From positions 868,001 to 932,000 of the forward strand of contig MU057801.1 of assembly GCA_013265495.1 (NCBI GenBank): a stretch of DNA of 64,000 nt, read 5' to 3'. The notes below the pieces were generated by a model. It saw nothing but the letters and a program-made list of their open reading frames with translations. It was not told where the DNA came from and did not search any database. The stretch is from Vicugna vicugna. Its lineage: Eukaryota. Shown here one piece after another: positions 61,340 through 64,000 of the stretch (its first letter is position 1; every line of letters begins with the position of its first letter). Position numbers and translations under genes: made by a program.

Positions 61340-61915
61340 AGAATATCTAGAAAAACCAGGACATAATGCAAAGTCAAGAGGAATCCGCAATCAGCTAATG
61401 AGGTTGTGAAGATCTTGTGAAGCCTCAGTAATGAAAATTGTGTGATACTGGCACACAGATCAATAGAACAGAATATAAAATCCAGTAGTAGACTCCACAA
61501 TGTAAAAGCAAGCGGTATGTGATAAGGGAGGCATTTCAAATCAGTGGGAAATCAGTGAACTATTCAATGTCAGGGCCATCTGAGTAGCCATCTGGAAAAA
61601 AATAAAGTTTGATCCATTCCTTACCCTTCATTCTTTACCCTTCATTCAACAGAATTAACTCCACATGGATCAAAGATTTAAATATTTTAAAAATCTTTTT
61701 ACTTCAAATTAAAAAAAAAACACAGAAGATTTTCTTTTTTTTTTTTTTATAATCTTGGAGGAGATGAGATATTTCCATGGTGACTCAAAATCTAGAAGCT
61801 ATAAAGGAAAAGATTGAAGTGACAGTAATTTTTTTTAACAAATCTGCATGACAAAATAAGTCAAGTCAAAGGGAAAAAATATTCATGGCTTATAGCAGAG
61901 CTTACACTTTAAAAA
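61340..61915 (+). mobile_element. Ancient L1M ORF2 fragment
   Basis: 'gtgtgatactggcac...agatcaatagaacagaata...gcatttcaaatcagtgggaa...aattaactccacatggatcaaagatttaaat'. Confidence 0.85.
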
Positions 61916-62669
61916 CTAGTCCGAAAATGTGAATAATGCAGATTGAACTTTCGCTGTATCTGTAGCCATCACATCGCGAGCAGCGCACAGCTGAGGGGAT
62001 ATTCTTCCATCATTCAAAAACGAGAATTTGACTAAGAAGTCACTCATGTCCCTGATGGGTGAGTAACATCCCAACACACATCCCCATTGTTCCACTTTCA
62101 TCTTGACTTACACAAAGATATCAACACTTTCATCCATAGCAACCAATTGATGGGGGTACCAATGGCATTAGGGTCAGGCATTGACCGTTAAGCCACAGAG
62201 CAAGCCGGATGGCTGGAGTTTTTAACAAGCACATATGAGACCCCCCCTGGGAGCCCCCAGAAATAACTGAGCTTGGCAGAGAGTGGTGCATAAAGAGATG
62301 GGTCCTAATGAGCTGCCTTAATTGGCTACTAATGTCAGGGTGACCTCATTTGTACCTACAGCCAGTGAGACCCAGGGACATCCAGGTTACAATTAATGAT
62401 GGATTGAGGGTGACATTTTGCATGACAAATACCAAAACAGCTTGGCAATGCTTTTCACTAAAAGGGTGAGGCTGTGTCTTCAGGGTGAACGAGACCAGCT
62501 GAGGTGCGCACAGCTGGTGCTGCTGGCGAGGGACTGCGCTCACGGGAAGAGCGATGTGATGCAGCGCAAATCTGAAGACGTGGGTCCTGCCTGTGACTCT
62601 GGAAATTACCAGCCTTGTGACTGGGGTCCATAGAACTTTGGATTTGCACTTCAGCAAAGCAGTCTCATG

Positions 62670-63045
62670 AGGTGGATGCCGCTGGAGCCCAGTCCTCAGG
62701 GCTGTTGGACACTGGGGCTGCCGACGGCTCACAGCTGCCCATCTTTTCTGGAAAACTGCCCTCAGCAGATGGATCTGCCTCACCTGGGAAGTTACAGCCC
62801 CCTCTCCCACCCCGGGCAGCCCCAGCTGATGACCTTGCCCCAAGACGGGCAACTCTGCAGCCTAGCTCGGGCTCGAAGACCCCTCGCCCACCATCGCATG
62901 GATCAGCTGGGACCACATCCTTGGGGGACTCCTTCCTCTGCCCCATCCTGCTTCACCCCCTCCCTTACTGAGATTCCTCCCTCAACAGTTCACATGCATC
63001 TGAATCCCTGTCCCAGGCTCTGCTTCCTGAGGAGCCGACTTAAAG
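62670..63045 (+). mobile_element. ERVL LTR16-like solo LTR
   Basis: 'gctgccgacggctcacagctg...ctgccctcagc...ctctgccccatcctgcttc...ggctctgcttcctgaggagccgacttaaag'. Confidence 0.8.
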
Positions 63046-63606
63046 GAGTTTTATTTTCCGATCTGTCAGTTTTGTAGCGTTGTCATTGTTTGAGGCCAAC
63101 CAGTGAGACTGGGTTGAACTGAGCCAGGTAGTGAGCCATGGGAACACCTGCAGGGGCCGAGGTCCAGGGGCGGGGCTGGTGTTCGGGGGCGGGGATGGGG
63201 TGGGGCGGGGCTGGGGAGGGTGTTGAAAGGACACTCAGGAGCAGTCATCCCAGTTAAAGGGAGGTTGTTGCCAAGTAAGGAAGTCGGTAGCAGACACGAG
63301 TCAGCTCCAGGAGGAGGTGAGGCCAGGACAGAGCCCAAGAGGGGACACAAAATCCTCCAGGAGTGAGTTGGGCCAGGCTGGTTGGGGGTCAGGCTGGGCC
63401 CGACCAGGAAAAGTCAAGTAAGTCCACCTGAAAATGGAGGTTCTGCATCGTTTCTGTTCGAGTAAGTGGGTCTCACCGGCTAACTGTGGTCTAGACCACG
63501 TGTTGCCTTTCTGAAAGCAAGACAAGGAAACCTCCCCTGAGGTCCTCCAGACCTGAGCCTGTGGGACTCTGTGTGGGTAAAATTACATCAAGAAACACCA
63601 CTTGGG

Positions 63607-63740
63607 AGGGAGGAGTGTATAGCTCAGTGGTACATGCCTAGCATGCAAGATGCCTTGGGCTCAATCCATTAAAAATAAATAAATAAGCCTAATTACCCCC
63701 CCTCAAAAAACCTCCACAAAATTAAAAAAAAAAAGAAAGA
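63607..63740 (+). mobile_element. Vic-1-like SINE
   Basis: 'gtgtatagctcagtggtacatgcctagcatgc...aaataagcctaattacccccc'; TSD at 63590-63606 and 63741-63757 (15/17). Confidence 0.92.
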
Positions 63741-63784
63741 AAGAAATACCAGTTGGGGAAGCTGAGATGCCTTTTGGTGGCATT

Positions 63785-64000
63785 AAGATAAACCAAGAAA
63801 TATCAGACTTGCAGGACACAGTGAGAGCCTTTAGTTCATGTCTCAGGAAAGAAAAAAGGCTGAAACCCCATGGTCTAAGCTACCACATCCAGAAGCCAGA
63901 AGAACCGCAAAGCAGAGGAGAGAAAATAAAAGAAATAAAGGAGCAGAAAGCAAGGAAACAGGAAATAAACATATAGTAGAGAAAATCCATAAAGCCAAAA
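63785..64000 (+). mobile_element. Ancient L1M ORF2 fragment, runs off the window
   Basis: ORF 63767-63976 'LRKEKRLKPHGLSYHIQKPEEPQSRGEKIKEIKEQ' resembles the L1 ORF2p post-endonuclease linker. Confidence 0.75.

Noticed and set aside
1..64000. Assigning the window to a named gene locus
   Set aside because: No exon or protein I can recognise; naming neighbouring genes needs a synteny search.

Overview
Mammalian genomic DNA, most likely camelid (Camelus/Vicugna/Lama). This is inferred from five copies of a tRNA-derived SINE resembling camelid Vic-1 plus cetartiodactyl-type L1 3' ends; I saw no ruminant or pig SINEs. I recognise no intact protein-coding gene, tRNA or rRNA. The long ORFs are low-complexity GC-rich chance ORFs or repeat-derived, and the only clearly recognisable protein remnant is L1 ORF2p, with a possible ERVL gag trace. 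The window looks like gene-poor intergenic or intronic sequence. It is packed with young L1s and SINEs (several with clear target-site duplications), ancient L1M/L2/MIR, ERVL/MaLR/ERV1 LTRs and hAT MITEs. Several CpG-rich patches, two good CTCF motifs and enhancer-like motif clusters lie between the repeats. Most notable observations: a perfect isolated 27-bp direct repeat bracketing the main CpG island; focal AT-to-GC shifts inside otherwise AT-rich retroelements (gBGC/fossil hotspot signature); an unusually similar inverted pair of LTR16-like fragments; and a chain of candidate minus-strand noncoding exons. Repeat family names come from recall of consensus sequences, not a search, and boundaries of old repeats are approximate. 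I found no convincing novel multi-gene system.
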